A stretch of DNA of 63,186 nucleotides, counting the filler, from Pelomyxa schiedti (lineage: Eukaryota > Protista > Evosea), in the NCBI GenBank assembly GCA_020536535.1. It is 10 parts of 10 records of this genome, joined end to end, with 100 filler letters (N's around TTAATTAATTAA, not from the genome) between each part and the next. Parts side by side here need not be neighbours in the genome. Positions count along the whole stretch, not along the records: positions 1 to 14,896 come from JAHLWZ010000529.1; 9 more parts are not named here. One strand, 5' to 3'. Below are positions 1-12,507 of the stretch, one piece after another. Below the pieces are notes generated by a model. The model did not search any database and had not been told where the DNA came from. It saw only the letters and a list, made by a program, of their open reading frames with translations. Position numbers and translations under genes: made by a program. Every line of letters begins with the position of its first letter. Positions within the stretch are counted from its first letter, which is position 1.

Positions 1-2587
1 AGATGTCGTTGAGCCGGTGACAGGGGATGCAACGCGGTGACACATCGGAAGCGATAATGAATTAGAAACGTCGGTGAGTCGAAAACATCGGGAGTCCTCA
101 GCCACTGACTCCACATTTTACGAAATCATCCTTCCTTTCTTTAATACAAACCCTAAAATTTACATAGATCCACCAAAAATTGCACTCGATGGAAGAAAAA
201 AGACCCGGAGAGTATTTGAGAAGAACTGGCAACAAAGAGAAAAACCATGGCTGTTTCTTTTCTTTTTGGTAAGGTTTACTCTTCTGCAGACTTTGAATAA
301 TTGTATATGTGTGCGCATTGCCTACTTTGGCCACCAGCAATGCAAATAATATGATGATAATATAATATTACTCACCTTAACAAAAAAAAAAAACAGGCCA
401 GGTTGTGTGGTGGGCCTGAACCAGAAAGAGTGAGGGGGAAGTGACTTGTGGCGGGGGCTGCCGAAACCGCCAGAGATCCACCAAACGAAAAATTTGGATA
501 AAGAAGGGGACGCTTCCATGTGCGTACTACTAGTGGTTCACTGTTCCTTCCACTTGCCCATTTCCCCTCTCTTCACCTTTTGGAAACTGCCAAGAAAACA
601 AGGTGATTATTTTCCCAACTCACAATTTTCCTTATGTTTGCCTCTCATTCCTGTACCTGAAGCTCCCTTGGTTCCTTTAATGCCGTATTCGTTTTCTGGA
701 CTCCAGTGGCCCAGCATCATGGGACAAAGTGCTTGTTATGCTGAAAACTCCCTGAAAAATTCTCTCTCGCTCTTCTTGCTATGTACTGTGCCTCCCTGTG
801 GGATTCCACTATCGCCGCTTCTCTTACTTTGGGCTTTGGCTTCTTACAGCAAGTATGCTGAATATGGGTACACTGTATCCTTCTAAGCTGATTTTTAGGT
901 GTTTCCCTCTTGTATTAATATCAAAGCTCAACTTCGGGGTATCCCTTTTTGATGCCCATCATTTGCCATTGCCTTGTCAGTGTATTTAGTTGAGCTGTAT
1001 GTTTGGCTTTTCCCCATAGTATGTGCAATTGAAGGCATATACATATACAATTGCAGGGTTGAGAGTGTGTACAGATAATTGGAAATGATGCCTGGCCCCA
1101 CCTCTCAGTATTCTGCTTATGGCTGTCCTAGCAGAAGTTCTGGATTGCTCTGATTGCTGAGCTGAAGATGCTTGGCAACTGCAGGTCTATTTTACTTCCT
1201 CATAGTTTGCTTCTAACTCCAGCAAGGCCCAATTTGAAAACGCTTTGTAATTTCCTCTACTTGGCGAACTTATGCAAAGCTGTGTATCTTCTTGTATTGA
1301 TGTATTGCCACTATCTTGCTGGCATTTTCACATTTCCCTAAATATGAAAATACTTGTGCATGCAGTGGCTTTCTCTTTTTGTGCCCCACTCAGGAGATGG
1401 TTTCAGTGAAACAGTATTCCTTGTTGAATCTGTAATATGTTCGGTATATTTACAATATCCCATGTCGTTAATGCAGTACAAACTCTACATTTTACAGCAA
1501 ACCTTAGTCATCGTCTCCACCATTCTTCCTGCTGGATAGTCTCTGATTTCTATGTCACATGCTGGTAATGCAGGGCTCTTCTTCAAGCAGGTAACTCCTT
1601 AGCTAAGGAACTCTTAACCCTGATTACCCAAGAGTATTTGATTTCCACCTTGGGTTCAGAAATGTGAAAAGCAAATACACAACAAATATAGTTCTTTGTA
1701 TCCCTGTCCACCATCTTTGCCCAAGTTCTCTAGAGTAACCCACATTGCCAGCTTTCCCATAATTCTGGTGGGGAAAAAAAAAGGAGGTTCTTAAGATAAA
1801 AGCTGATATTCCAAACTGGGCTCCCCCCAAATGGGTTTCAACTACATTGCATTGGAGTGATGTAAGACCTCTCTTGGCTTGCAAACAATGTCTCAATGAC
1901 TCTTGACCTTATTTGGCTCCAAAAACATAACAAACAGGGTACTGGGTTTTTATTAGTGTTTTTTTGAGAAGGTAACAATTTCTGTACACATTGCCTTTTC
2001 ACACAGAGCCCCACATTCCATCTGTTCCTTCACACAGCTGCATTGGATGGTGGTGTTTGGTTGTTTTCTTCTGTACTGGAGCTTTTGCTCTATGGACACT
2101 ATGTGGACTCTGTATGAATCTTGACTCTTGAGATCCAATGTGGGCTTGATGGAATTACTGGAATAAGGCAGTGACAATCTTATGAGACACGGAACACACT
2201 AATGTGGACTGCAGTGGTGATTGATTCTGAGGTAATCTCAACTGAGAATTGGACAACAGCGTGTCTTCGAAGCTAACCACACCTAACCACACCAAAATAA
2301 TTATCCTTTGAACATGTGTGACCCAAGCATGAGAACAAGCAAGAGAACTTTTACACTCTTCTCTCTTTCGTTCTTTTTCCTGTGTGGGGCTCCAGTGTGA
2401 CACTCAGCCCAATGAACACGTCCACCCTTGCCAGATCAAAATAAATAGACAGTTTTGTTCCTGGTTGATCTCACTACACACACCACCTCCACACTGGCCA
2501 AACCAGAACAGCAGCAGAGCCCTTGGTTAATCCAAGAGCATGAAGAAAACACAACTGGTGAAGTGCCAGTTACAAGCTTATTTCTTA

Positions 2588-4264
2588 TTACATACACATT
2601 GAATTTTTCCAGAACTGAAAGTGGGAGGGATCGAAGGGCACAGGGAACTCACCAACATGGAACCCTGTGGAGCAATCATGCACCACGAACTTGATCTCAG
2701 TGGCACGGCCGTGACTCTCTGAACTGTGTGTTGTCGATACAATCAGCTGTGACTGATCCCTGAGGGAAGGAGCTGCCCAAGTGCAAGGCACACTGAGTGT
2801 GGGAGGAGTCGATGTGAGGCTTCCCCCATTGTGGAAAACCTCAAACTTGGGAGCATCTTTCCTCATCATGAAGACGTGGCTGCTCCCAATTGGAAGAACA
2901 GTTGCACCCTCTGGAAACTGAACAACTGGCTCTCCAGTTGCATTATCAACAATGAGGTATGGGTCATAGTGCATTGTGCACATGGAACCATCAGTTCTAC
3001 AGGAGGTGACGCAGCATGGTCTGTCTCTGCAGAGTAGCTTTCTTATCACAACCAGTTCCCCTTTGTTGACACTTGCTTGCAAGTCACAAAATGTCACAGA
3101 GCCTCCAGAGCCTCCTACGGTCTCACACGATTCAAACACCAGAAAAACGTCATCACTGAATGATGAAAAGCGAGCACAGACGATGTATCCAAGCAGAAGC
3201 CCGTCAAAATACCGCTCAGTCATCCCTGACGATGACGCATCACCAAGTCCGACTCCAGGAGCAACCTGCCACACATGCAACCTCCCACCGTTTATCCCCA
3301 CAATCCACTTCCTGTTGCAATACAATGGATGGCATCGGGTCTGGAGTGACGAAACCCTCTTCAGTGCCTCCCCATCACCGCCAACTTCTTCAATGACATG
3401 TTCGTTCAAAAAAGAAGCCCTGATGAAGCGCGACTGACGCAGTATCATCCTGTTGTTTCCCAGAGAGCCATTCACATCACCAGGGGTGTGGAACCAAGAG
3501 TGCCTGACGAGTCCCAGTGTCGGCGACACGCTCACAAACAAGAAGTGCTCCCTGATTGGGAGCCTGAACACAGCCTCGTCAGAAGGCCTGAGGACCCATT
3601 CCTCAGCCCACGCCCTGAACACGGCTGTGGACTGTATCCACTTCACCATCGACGACGGTGGCACACAGCAACGACGACCATCGCCGACAGAATGGATGAT
3701 GGGATGAGTGGCTGGTGGTGTTATTGTGCCGACATCGGCATTGGTGTCATTCCCTGAAAGCGACTCCTGTTCTTCTCTGTCCCCAATTTTGTTGTTGTTG
3801 CTTGTTCTTCTTCTTAATTCGGTTATTGGTGCGCAAATGATTGCCATCACCTGTGATTTTGCTGTTGTTGTTGTTTTTCTTTCTTGCGAGCGTTCAGACG
3901 ACTCGTTGTGTCCCATGGCCGATGGTGGTCCGTTGTTCTTGCCGGTGGATAGATTTCTCCGAATGTTTCTTTGATGGTTCCCACTATGCCCGGCGCTGCC
4001 TGTGCTTCCTAGACCGGCGGCCCGGCGCGGGGCCCGCGCGGTCAGCTTGGACACCAGCCACCTCCAGTCCACCGTCGTGGCCCGGCCGCGCTCGGCGGTC
4101 GACATCCCGCGCCACGCGGACTCGGCGGCCCGGTACCTGTCGTCGGGCACCCCGAACCGCGACGCCGACGCCTGTTGCTGCTGCTGCTGCTGCTGCGGTG
4201 TCACGGTTGTGTGGCTCCCACTCTTGTTCTCCACAACTGCCGCATTGTGGGACGTCTGTTGCAT
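2588..4264 (-). CDS. Expanded hypothetical family A member (N-terminal ARDQF-like motif, probable beta-propeller body)
   Basis: Long intronless ORF, first ATG at 4264. Shares FVSVSPTLGLV, CNRKWIV and C-terminal VHDCSTG motifs with the ORFs at 39.7-49.5 kb. Confidence 0.7.
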   Translation of the reverse strand: MQQTSHNAAVVENKSGSHTTVTPQQQQQQQQASASRFGVPDDRYRAAESAWRGMSTAERGRATTVDWRWLVSKLTARAPRRAAGLGSTGSAGHSGNHQRNIRRNLSTGKNNGPPSAMGHNESSERSQERKTTTTAKSQVMAIICAPITELRRRTSNNNKIGDREEQESLSGNDTNADVGTITPPATHPIIHSVGDGRRCCVPPSSMVKWIQSTAVFRAWAEEWVLRPSDEAVFRLPIREHFLFVSVSPTLGLVRHSWFHTPGDVNGSLGNNRMILRQSRFIRASFLNEHVIEEVGGDGEALKRVSSLQTRCHPLYCNRKWIVGINGGRLHVWQVAPGVGLGDASSSGMTERYFDGLLLGYIVCARFSSFSDDVFLVFESCETVGGSGGSVTFCDLQASVNKGELVVIRKLLCRDRPCCVTSCRTDGSMCTMHYDPYLIVDNATGEPVVQFPEGATVLPIGSSHVFMMRKDAPKFEVFHNGGSLTSTPPTLSVPCTWAAPSLRDQSQLIVSTTHSSESHGRATEIKFVVHDCSTGFHVGEFPVPFDPSHFQFWKNSMCM

Positions 4265-4575
4265 TGTGTGCAACAAAATGCCGTGTTTGATGTGTATGTT
4301 GATGCTTCCGGTGCGTCCTGAGGTGTTGGGGGTGTAGTTTGATATTCCATGCTTCTATCTTATGCTCTAGAAACGGCACTGAGCGCTGGAGGATCAGATG
4401 ACGGTATTGAAGCCTAAGGCGATCTGGTACTCTCCACAACTAACCCGCATCAAAAAGAAAAACAACAGACCGTCACTGAGCCCGAGCCAGTTCGCACTTT
4501 TTATTTTTTGATGGTATGAACCATGTGTATTTTTTTTTTGATCTAACACACAATGAACACAAAAGTTGGGGCACA

Positions 4576-4698
4576 AAAATGACTTGCCATACAGCGTGAG
4601 CAAGAGCGAACTTGCAGACATGCTTGAGATGAGCAACGTGAGGAACAAGTGGATGATTCAGCCCGCCTCTGCAATCACAGGAATGGGTTTTTCTGAAC
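4576..4698 (+). pseudogene. ARF/ARL GTPase C-terminal fragment
   Basis: KNDLPYSVSKSELADMLEMSNVRNKWMIQPASAITGMGF is a close copy of the C-terminus of the adjacent ARF-like gene; no N-terminal half upstream. Confidence 0.7.
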
Positions 4699-4833
4699 AC
4701 CCAACACAACAAAACATAAACACACCTTTTCTGACGAAAAGCATTTTGATCGGCGTTCCCTGAACGATCGGGTTATCGAAAACACTTTTCTTTCAAAGCG
4801 ACGACCACTCCGAGTACTATCAGTAATAAACAG

Positions 4834-5585
4834 ATGAGTACAGATCCAGGTATGCGTTCCCTTTTTCTCTCTATTCAAGCACAAATACACCGAAGCAACC
4901 AAGCAACAGCATGGAAGTGAGGATAACACCCATGTTCGTGTGGTAATGGTACGTGTTGTATTCAACACTTAACATAAAGTAAATAATAATATTCGAACAT
5001 CCAACCAACAAACACACGCAGGTGGGCTTGGATGACTCTGGAAAAAGCGCACTGCTTTACAGGCAACTGCGTGGTGAAGTCACCACCACTACTCCTACAG
5101 ATGGATTCAATGTGGAGACAATTCAACTCAGGAACCGCGATTTTGACATTTGGGATTTGGGTGGAGGGCCAGACATCCGGCGTCACTGGCCACATGTATG
5201 TCCATCCCACTATCTCTACAAGCAGAACCCACAACCAAAACCTAATGACACTTCCATCGGCAATTTGCCGATGGGCTCCCTCATGTAGTTTCTTCTCAAC
5301 ACTCGAGTTCTCATCTGGGTGGTTGATGCACACAACCACGGGCGAATCATTGAATCCTGCACCCTACTTCATGAGATTCTAACAGAGGCCAGGCTCCATG
5401 ACTCCCTTCTGTTGGTCCTGGCAAACAAACAAGACTTGCCAGGCAATGTGAGCAAGAGTGAACTCGCTGACATGCTTGAGTTGAACAACCTTGTGAACAG
5501 GAAGTGGTTCATTCAGCCCACCTCTGCCATTGATGGCACAGGATTTGTGGAGGGTTTGGAGTGGGCCTACTCAATCTTATCATGA
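4834..5585 (+). CDS. ARF/ARL-family small GTPase, multi-exon, divergent
   Basis: Spliced product contains VRVVMVGLDDSGKS (G1), PTDGFNVETI (G2), WDLGGG (G3), LANKQD (G4), TSAIDG (G5). First exon (ATG 4834) is tentative. Confidence 0.88.
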
Positions 5586-5619
5586 AACAAGTTTTTTTTT
5601 TCAAAAAGGTGTGCCTTTT

Positions 5620-6220
5620 TCATGAGGAAGAGGTTTTGAAGAGGTATACATACACCTGTCCGTTCTCCAGCTTTGTCCAGCTCTTCACCCTCCACGCACT
5701 GTGTGCCTCAATGTATGTTACCACATTGCCAATTCCTCCAGCACTCAGCTTCTGCAGTGGCATACTGCTCACAAGTTCATTCAAGTCACTGTTTGTTGGA
5801 GCAGTCCTGAGAGACACAGTTGTAACGGAAATGAAGTTGCCACTGCCACAGTACCCCGAATTCGTGCTCACTGCAAATTCAACATAGTCATGAAGACACG
5901 CAGGTGGCTGTGTTGGTTGTGGTGGTTGCCTGTCAGGAAGTTGTATCTGGTAATACTCAGCTTCGTTGTAAACTGCATCAGTGTTGACACTTGGTGGAAC
6001 AAAAAGCTTTCCAGTTCTCATGAAGTCGAGGATAGGTGCAAACAACTTCCCATTCCTGTCAATGAAGAATGCTCCTGTTTCATCCCTTTGTTGTGTGTGT
6101 TTTGGATGGAAGGTTATTTATATGATTCTGTGTTATGTTTGAATCGATTGTGGTGCCCTTGTGTGTTACACAAGTTACATTGTGCTCGTGAATTTCCCAG
6201 AGAGCAGGACAGTGAAGAAC
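5620..6220 (-). pseudogene. KCTD/T1-type BTB protein, 5'-truncated copy
   Basis: FFTVLLSGKFTST|DETGAFFIDRNGKLFAPILDFMRTG present. The VRLNVGG segment is absent and stops lie just upstream; nearly identical to the 11085-11568 copy. Confidence 0.8.
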
Positions 6221-6278
6221 TGGCTCTACTACTGTGTGCGATAACAGATTGTGGTCACCACTGCTGCAGCTGACTGGG

Positions 6279-9200
6279 ATGCCTGCTGACACTACATTGG
6301 CAAAGGTAATGCAGGTCTATCTGGGGATGTAATGCGTTTTGTTTTCTTATTGAACGAACATCCAGGATACGGAAGGGGGACCCGGGGCCTCTGCAGGGCC
6401 AACCACAATGAAGTGTCCCATTTGCAGTGATGATACAGTACTGAAAGTCACAAATGTAGCAGCTCTCATGGTTTGTTGTTTGCATTACGATTTTCCAACA
6501 TCAATTCATTGGTCCCCAGGGGTCAAATGCAACGTCAATTGCCTCTGGGAATTGTTGTCAACAACAGCAACAGATAGCAGAAGCAGGGGCTGACAGTTGC
6601 CCACTGTGTGATGAGGAACCAGCCACACACTCGTGCTCTCTTTGTGGATCGCTTGTTTGTGAGAAGCCCCAGTGTGTCAGAACAATAACAAGGCTCCACA
6701 CGAAGATGGGACACTCGGTTTGTGTACTTTGTGTCTTCCATTTTCTTGTGTTCTCACTCCATTTTCGTCAGTTCACTCCAATTGAAATCAAATCAGCCAA
6801 GACAATCATTCAGTGCCCAGAGCACAACAGACCATTGGAGCTGTTCTGCACACAAGACAACACTCCTGTGTGCTCTCTGTGTGTCCTCTCTGGTTGCCAC
6901 CAGGTTTCTCCCTTCTTGACATTTTAGTTGCTTTATGGTGACGCACAAAAAAGGACACAAGTTTGAAGGCAGTGCACCCAACCATCACAATTTCGGAAGC
7001 AGCCAAAGGAAGGCAGTTGGTCATCACAGAAAGGTCAAAAGAACTTGAGGAGAAGGTCAAAGTGGTGAAAGGTTCCCTTTTGGCAATCACTGAGACAATA
7101 TCTTCTGTCAAGAAGGTTTGTTGTTGGTTCTGCTCTGTGTGAGTGAAATTTAACTCACTCTCTGAATCCCATAAAAATAGAATTGCAGTGAAGCACTCAA
7201 GGCAATGGATGAAGAGTTCTTGCGATTGGAGACACTCCTCCAGAAGAGGCACAAGCAACTCGCTGTTGAATGCATGAACATTGCTGATTCAACTGGTTTC
7301 TGTGCCAAATGGCACTCCATTGTTATTATTCACCAACACACCAACAACACACCAAACAGAGAAAATAATGGACATTCAGCACGATCACCTTGAGAAGTTT
7401 GTTTTCATTGCAGAGGCTGCACTCAAGTCAGCATCAAAGGTGAGCCACACATCACATGACTTTGGTGTGATCAGGTGCTTTGATTCCACATCAAGGGTCA
7501 TCTCTGACTTGGTTTCTCAACTGGTTTGTTTGTCTTTCTCTTTTTTTGTTTGGTGGGAACTGGTTGTTGACTCACTCCAACATCTTTTCTTCAGCTTGAC
7601 CTTTTTGCAGATTCACTTGAAACCATGCTGCAGATCAGAGTTAAACTTCGTGGTCACAAACAACGTTTCGGAGGCAATCAACTCGTTTGGTGCACTCACT
7701 TTTGGTTTGTGTTTTCTCTCTTTTTTTATCTTTTTTTTTTTTAAATCACCAACCAAAAGGAGTTTCAACAACACTGAGCAAATTCAAAGTGACACCATGT
7801 GGTGCTGTTGATGCCGAAACCCATCAAGGAACACCGATCATTGCCGGGAATGAGTGGAAATGCACGGTTGAGTGCACATCTCTCGTGGATGCAACTGGAA
7901 CGCCCATTCCATCCAGTCTTCAAGTCCCATCGTTGACGAGTGCTGGTCTCACTGTTGTTGGTCCTCAGGATGATGGTTGCTCCTCCGCTCTCCTTTGGTT
8001 GTGTGCACAAAATTATTAACAACTCACTCAGTGAACCAACGCCGTTGCAGAATTGTTGATCAAGGTTGGAAGAATCATGGGAAAATGCCACCAAAGTGTG
8101 AAGTGAGTTTCATTCCCAAGCGTAGTGGGAAGCACTCCTTGTTGATTGGAGGTGACACTGAAATTTTCTCATTTGTTGTTGCGGGTTGGTTTTCTCTTCA
8201 TTTTCACCATCGTCGTTCTCAAAGAGTAAACCAACAGAGATCAATGCAAACAAAACGAGAATTTCAGGGTGCTTGAATGGCACTGTTGGAAAACCATTCA
8301 ACTTACACCTCACTGTGTGTATTTTGTTTTCAAATTCAAAATTGCAAAAACACAGTAAAATCATAAAATCATTTTCATTCACCCAGGTGAATCTTTCAGA
8401 TGGAACAATCATACCCACTGACGATGGCACAAGAAGAAGCTCCAGCAGCTGCGTTGGTGTTCTCACATCACAGGTGATTCAAACCAGATTCAGGGTTGTT
8501 TCCACTGATGCTGATGATGGTGCCATTGATTCAACCGATTGTGGTGGGTCAGCCAAATTCCATAATTTCACCAGGTGTGACAGGCCTGACGAAGTTGAGT
8601 TCACATTGCAACATTGTGGAAAGTATCACTTGATTGTTGAGAATGCTGTTTGGCCAAACATGGAATCGTGGGTTCCAATCCCCGGTTGCCCTTTCCTTGT
8701 CACTGTCACACAAGTGTTGTTGTGGGGTGAGATTTTCCGCTTCACTGGCACACACTCACCACCCCAACCACAGTTGATGAACACTGGTGGCCAGCCCGTC
8801 ACAGATGTTGATGTTGAGTCATGCTCACAGTGTCTTGAGTGGCGTGTGAGTGTCACACCACCGACTGCTGCAATCGTGTCAATTGGTTGTCCCACTGCTT
8901 CCTCTAAAACAAACAAACTCCTCCCAAACTCACTCATTATTGCAACAGGAGGAAGCAGTGGTCCTGTTGTTGTGGATGTGGAACCAAAGGTTGTGATGGA
9001 CAACGTGGTTTTGGGTGTTGAAGGTTCATTCTCATCACCACAAGCAGCACCACAAGCAGGTGGTGCTGTGGAGAAAAGTTGCAGTTCCAACAACAACAAC
9101 AAGGAGAAGGTGTGGCAGCACATCTCAGGGTCACCTTTCACTCTCAATTTCAGAGGTATTGTCTCGTTGCTCCTTTCTTCACACACACACCCACCTCCTA

Positions 9201-9649
9201 AATTCACACAAAAACAAAACAAAGTGCCACCACAGGCAAGGAAGATTGGGAGTGTGTTGGCATCATCTGCTGAACGAGGCTTCCGACCTGAGAGGGTGAT
9301 TGATTACTCCCACGATCACAACGCATTCTGGCTCAGCCAGTGGAACAACACGACAGGGCAGTTCCTCGTGTTTGACCTGACAGAGCCCTGTGTTGTGCCT
9401 GTTGTGTGCATCAGGACACGCACTGACCCAGCATCACCCAAGGACGTCACAGTGTCAGTTGGGCCCTCATCGACAGGGCCATGGACAACACTCTCCAAAT
9501 TCACTGCTCAGCAGATCCACGACTGGCAGAGGTTCCCTGTCACCATCAATGCATCGACAACACCACATCGGTGGGTGAGGCTCTTCTTTGACTCCAACCA
9601 TGGCAGTACTGAGTATGTTGTGGTGAGTGGTGTTAAGTTCTGGGACTGA
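6279..9649 (+). CDS. TRIM-like protein: partial RING, two B-boxes, coiled coil, filamin/Ig-like repeats, C-terminal discoidin (F5/8C)/DOC-like domain
   Basis: Multi-exon. Motifs: CPIC; CPLCDEEPATHSCSLC; CPEHNRPLELFCTQDNTPVCSLC..H..H; helical region; CEVSFIPKRSGKHSL; WLSQ..QFLVFDL..WVRLFFDSNHG. 5' end truncated relative to the paralog at 9745. Confidence 0.78.
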
Positions 9650-9744
9650 TCACCACTTTTATGGTGGTCCAATCCGTCTCGGCCGCCATCACACTATTGA
9701 CGGTTACCGTAACCAACAAAATTGATTGAATCAACTGCAACGAA

Positions 9745-10984
9745 ATGAGCCAACGCAACGCGTGCGAGGATGACATCATCGAGGACAGCCTGTCGTGGGA
9801 CACCTCGTGCGCCCTGTGCCTCTCCCCTCTCCCCCCTCCCCCACTCACCCATCACCAGCATCATCAGCAGCAACAGCAGGACCGAAACCGCTATCACCCA
9901 ACCACCGCCATCGCAGCCGCACCCACAGATCTTCCCCCGCTTCCTTTGACGCGGTACCTGCCCGACGTCGTCGTCGTCGAGCTCCACCCAGAGCCCAGCG
10001 TACCCCCGCCGTCACAGCCCGGGTCGTCATCAGTTGCCACAACAACAACACCACACCAACAAAAACAACAGGGCGCCACGGGTGGTGGCGGCGGCGGCTG
10101 CGGTTCTGATGGTGGTGGTTGCGGCGGCAACAACAACACAAGCGAGGTTGCGCGCAACAAACACAACGACCACGGCCACCACCGAGTGTGCGGTTGTTGC
10201 GCGCGCCTGTTGGCAAACAACGCTCTCGCCACCGCTTCGTTCTCGTCGTTGCTCACCCAAGCTGCGGATCGCCATGGTGATGGTCGTGGTGGTCGTGGCT
10301 GTGGTGGCACTGGCGAGGAAACACGGGAGCGAGAGGACGGTGCGGTGGCAACGAAACCAGGAAGAACGGGAGGGGGTGGAGTGGGTGAGGGTGGCGTGAC
10401 GACGCAGCCTGGTCACACTGCTTCTGGTGCTGCTGCTGTGGACACAACTGGCCCTACTGCTGTGAGTGATACCAGGTTGTGGTCACCACTGCTGTTGACA
10501 ACTTCAGCAAAGCTAAAGAAGGTCTGCGTGTGAGTGGTGTGATGTCTGCACCTTGTGTTTGAGTGGGGGGGCTTCTCACGCATGGATAACCAGCCAACTA
10601 GGTTTCAGCTGAAGAGTCAAAGTCATCCACAGAGCCACTGCAGCACTCAACACTTGCAATGAAGTGTCCAATTTGTGGTGATGATTCTCTGCTGAATGTC
10701 ACAAATGAAAGAATTGGAGTTCCCAAGGTTTCTCTTTTCCAGCTTCCCAGTTTCGAACATCAACTTACTTTTCCTCTTTTTCCAAGAACCAGCAGGAGTC
10801 AGAAGCTACTTCCAGTGATTCTAGCAGTCATTATCAACAGCAACTGACAGAACAAGATCACCAATGACGACTTGTGCCCACTGTGTGATGAAGAACTGGC
10901 CACACACTCGTGCTCTCTTTGTGGATTGCTTGTTTGTGAGAAGCCCCAGTGTGTCAGAACAATAACGAGGCAACATATAAAGAC
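9745..10984 (+). CDS. TRIM-like paralog, 5' part (split RING and B-box 1), cut by scaffold gap
   Basis: CALC...HRVCGCC...CPIC, then CPLCDEELATHSCSLC. Homologous to 6218-6710. Confidence 0.72.
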
Positions 10985-11084
10985 NNNNNNNNNNNNNNNN
11001 NNNNNNNNNNNNNNNNNNNNNNNNNNNNNNNNNNNNNNNNNNNNNNNNNNNNNNNNNNNNNNNNNNNNNNNNNNNNNNNNNNNN

Positions 11085-11568
11085 CATAGTCATGAAGACA
11101 CGCAGGTGGCTGTGTTGGTTGTGGTGGTTGCCTGTCAGGAAGTTGTATCTGGTAATACTCAGCTTCGTTGTAAACTGCATCAGTGTTGACACTTGGTGGA
11201 ACAAACAGCTTTCCAGTCCTCATGAAGTCGAGGATAGGTGCAAACAACTTCCCATTCCTGTCAATGAAGAATGCTCCTGTTTCATCCCTTTGTTGTGTGT
11301 AGTGTTTGTTTTGGATTGAATGTTATTTAAAATTATTTAAATTATTATGTTTGTCAATCAATTGTGGTGCTCTTGTGTGTTACACAAGTTACATTGTGCT
11401 CGTGAATTTCCCAGAGAGCAGGACAGTGAAGAACGACGACGGCCCGTGTCCCATCATCATCGTGAGTGTCGTCCTCGTGGTGGTGAACATACGCCCACCA
11501 ACGTTCAGTCTCACAATGTCACTCCTCCCCTGGCAACTCTCATCACGCGTTGCTGTTGAAGTGTCCAT
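11085..11568 (-). CDS. KCTD/T1-type BTB protein (3' end in gap)
   Basis: IVRLNVGGRMFTTTRTTL...FFTVLLSGKF|FFIDRNGKLFAPILDFMRTG; one intron. Confidence 0.88.
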
Positions 11569-11652
11569 CAAAAAGGGAACCAGAATTTGATTCCATCACG
11601 AATCTGAACAAAAGAGAAAACATAAACAAAGAAATAATAGCATTTGTGTTTT

Positions 11653-12361
11653 TCATGAGGATGTTTTGAAGAGGTATATTTGCACGTGTTTGTCACTTGG
11701 AAGAATCCAGTTCTTCACTCTCCAGGCACTGTGTGCCTCAATGTATGTTGCCACGTTGGCAAGGCCTGCAGTGCCCAGCTGCTGCAGGGGCATGCTGCTC
11801 ATAAGTTCCTTCAAGTCACTGTCGATTGGAGGAACTACAACAGACACGGTTGTCACACTGACCCATGTACCACTGCCACTCCAGCCCGAGTTTGTGTGCA
11901 CGGCAACTTCAAGATAGTCATGGATATTTGGTTGTTGTTGTGGCTGCGGTGGTGGCCTGTCAGGAAGGTGTATCTGGTAATACTCAGCCTCGTTGTAAAC
12001 TGCATCAGTGTTGACACTCGGCGGCACGAACAGCTTCCCAGTCCTCATGAAGTCAAGGATTGGTGCAAACAAGTCCCCGTTCCTGTCAATGAAGAACGCT
12101 CCTGTGTCATCCCTTTGTTCAAGGTGTTAGAGCAACAAAAGGAGGGGGAGGTAGGGCCTGTGTAGTTGCCAGAGTGGGGGAGAGAAAGTGTTGTTCCTTT
12201 TGTATTCGATACGTTGTGCTCGTGAATTTTCCAGAGAGCAGGACGGTGAAGAACGACGACTCAGAGCTCATCGAGAGTGTCGTCCTCGTTGTGATGAACA
12301 CACGACCTCCAACATTCAGTCTCACCATCTCTCTTCTCGCATCAGCCGTTGACGCAGTCAT
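11653..12361 (-). CDS. KCTD/T1-type BTB protein
   Basis: VRLNVGGRVFITTRTTL...FFIDRNGDLFAPILDFMRTG...EAEYYQI; same intron position as its neighbours. Confidence 0.9.
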
Positions 12362-12507
12362 CACAAATGCGTTTTGTAACAAAGATTCTTCTCAGAAGAC
12401 ACAGCACCTGAGACTACTTGGAACTGATTCTTGGAACAAGTAAATTAGTCTCACCACAAAATGCACTGCACTCCTTTTGTAAATAACAAGCTATGATGGA
12501 AATGGAC

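Noticed and set aside
1-2450. Possible minus-strand gene remnant
   Set aside because: Many stops in all frames and no recognisable motif.
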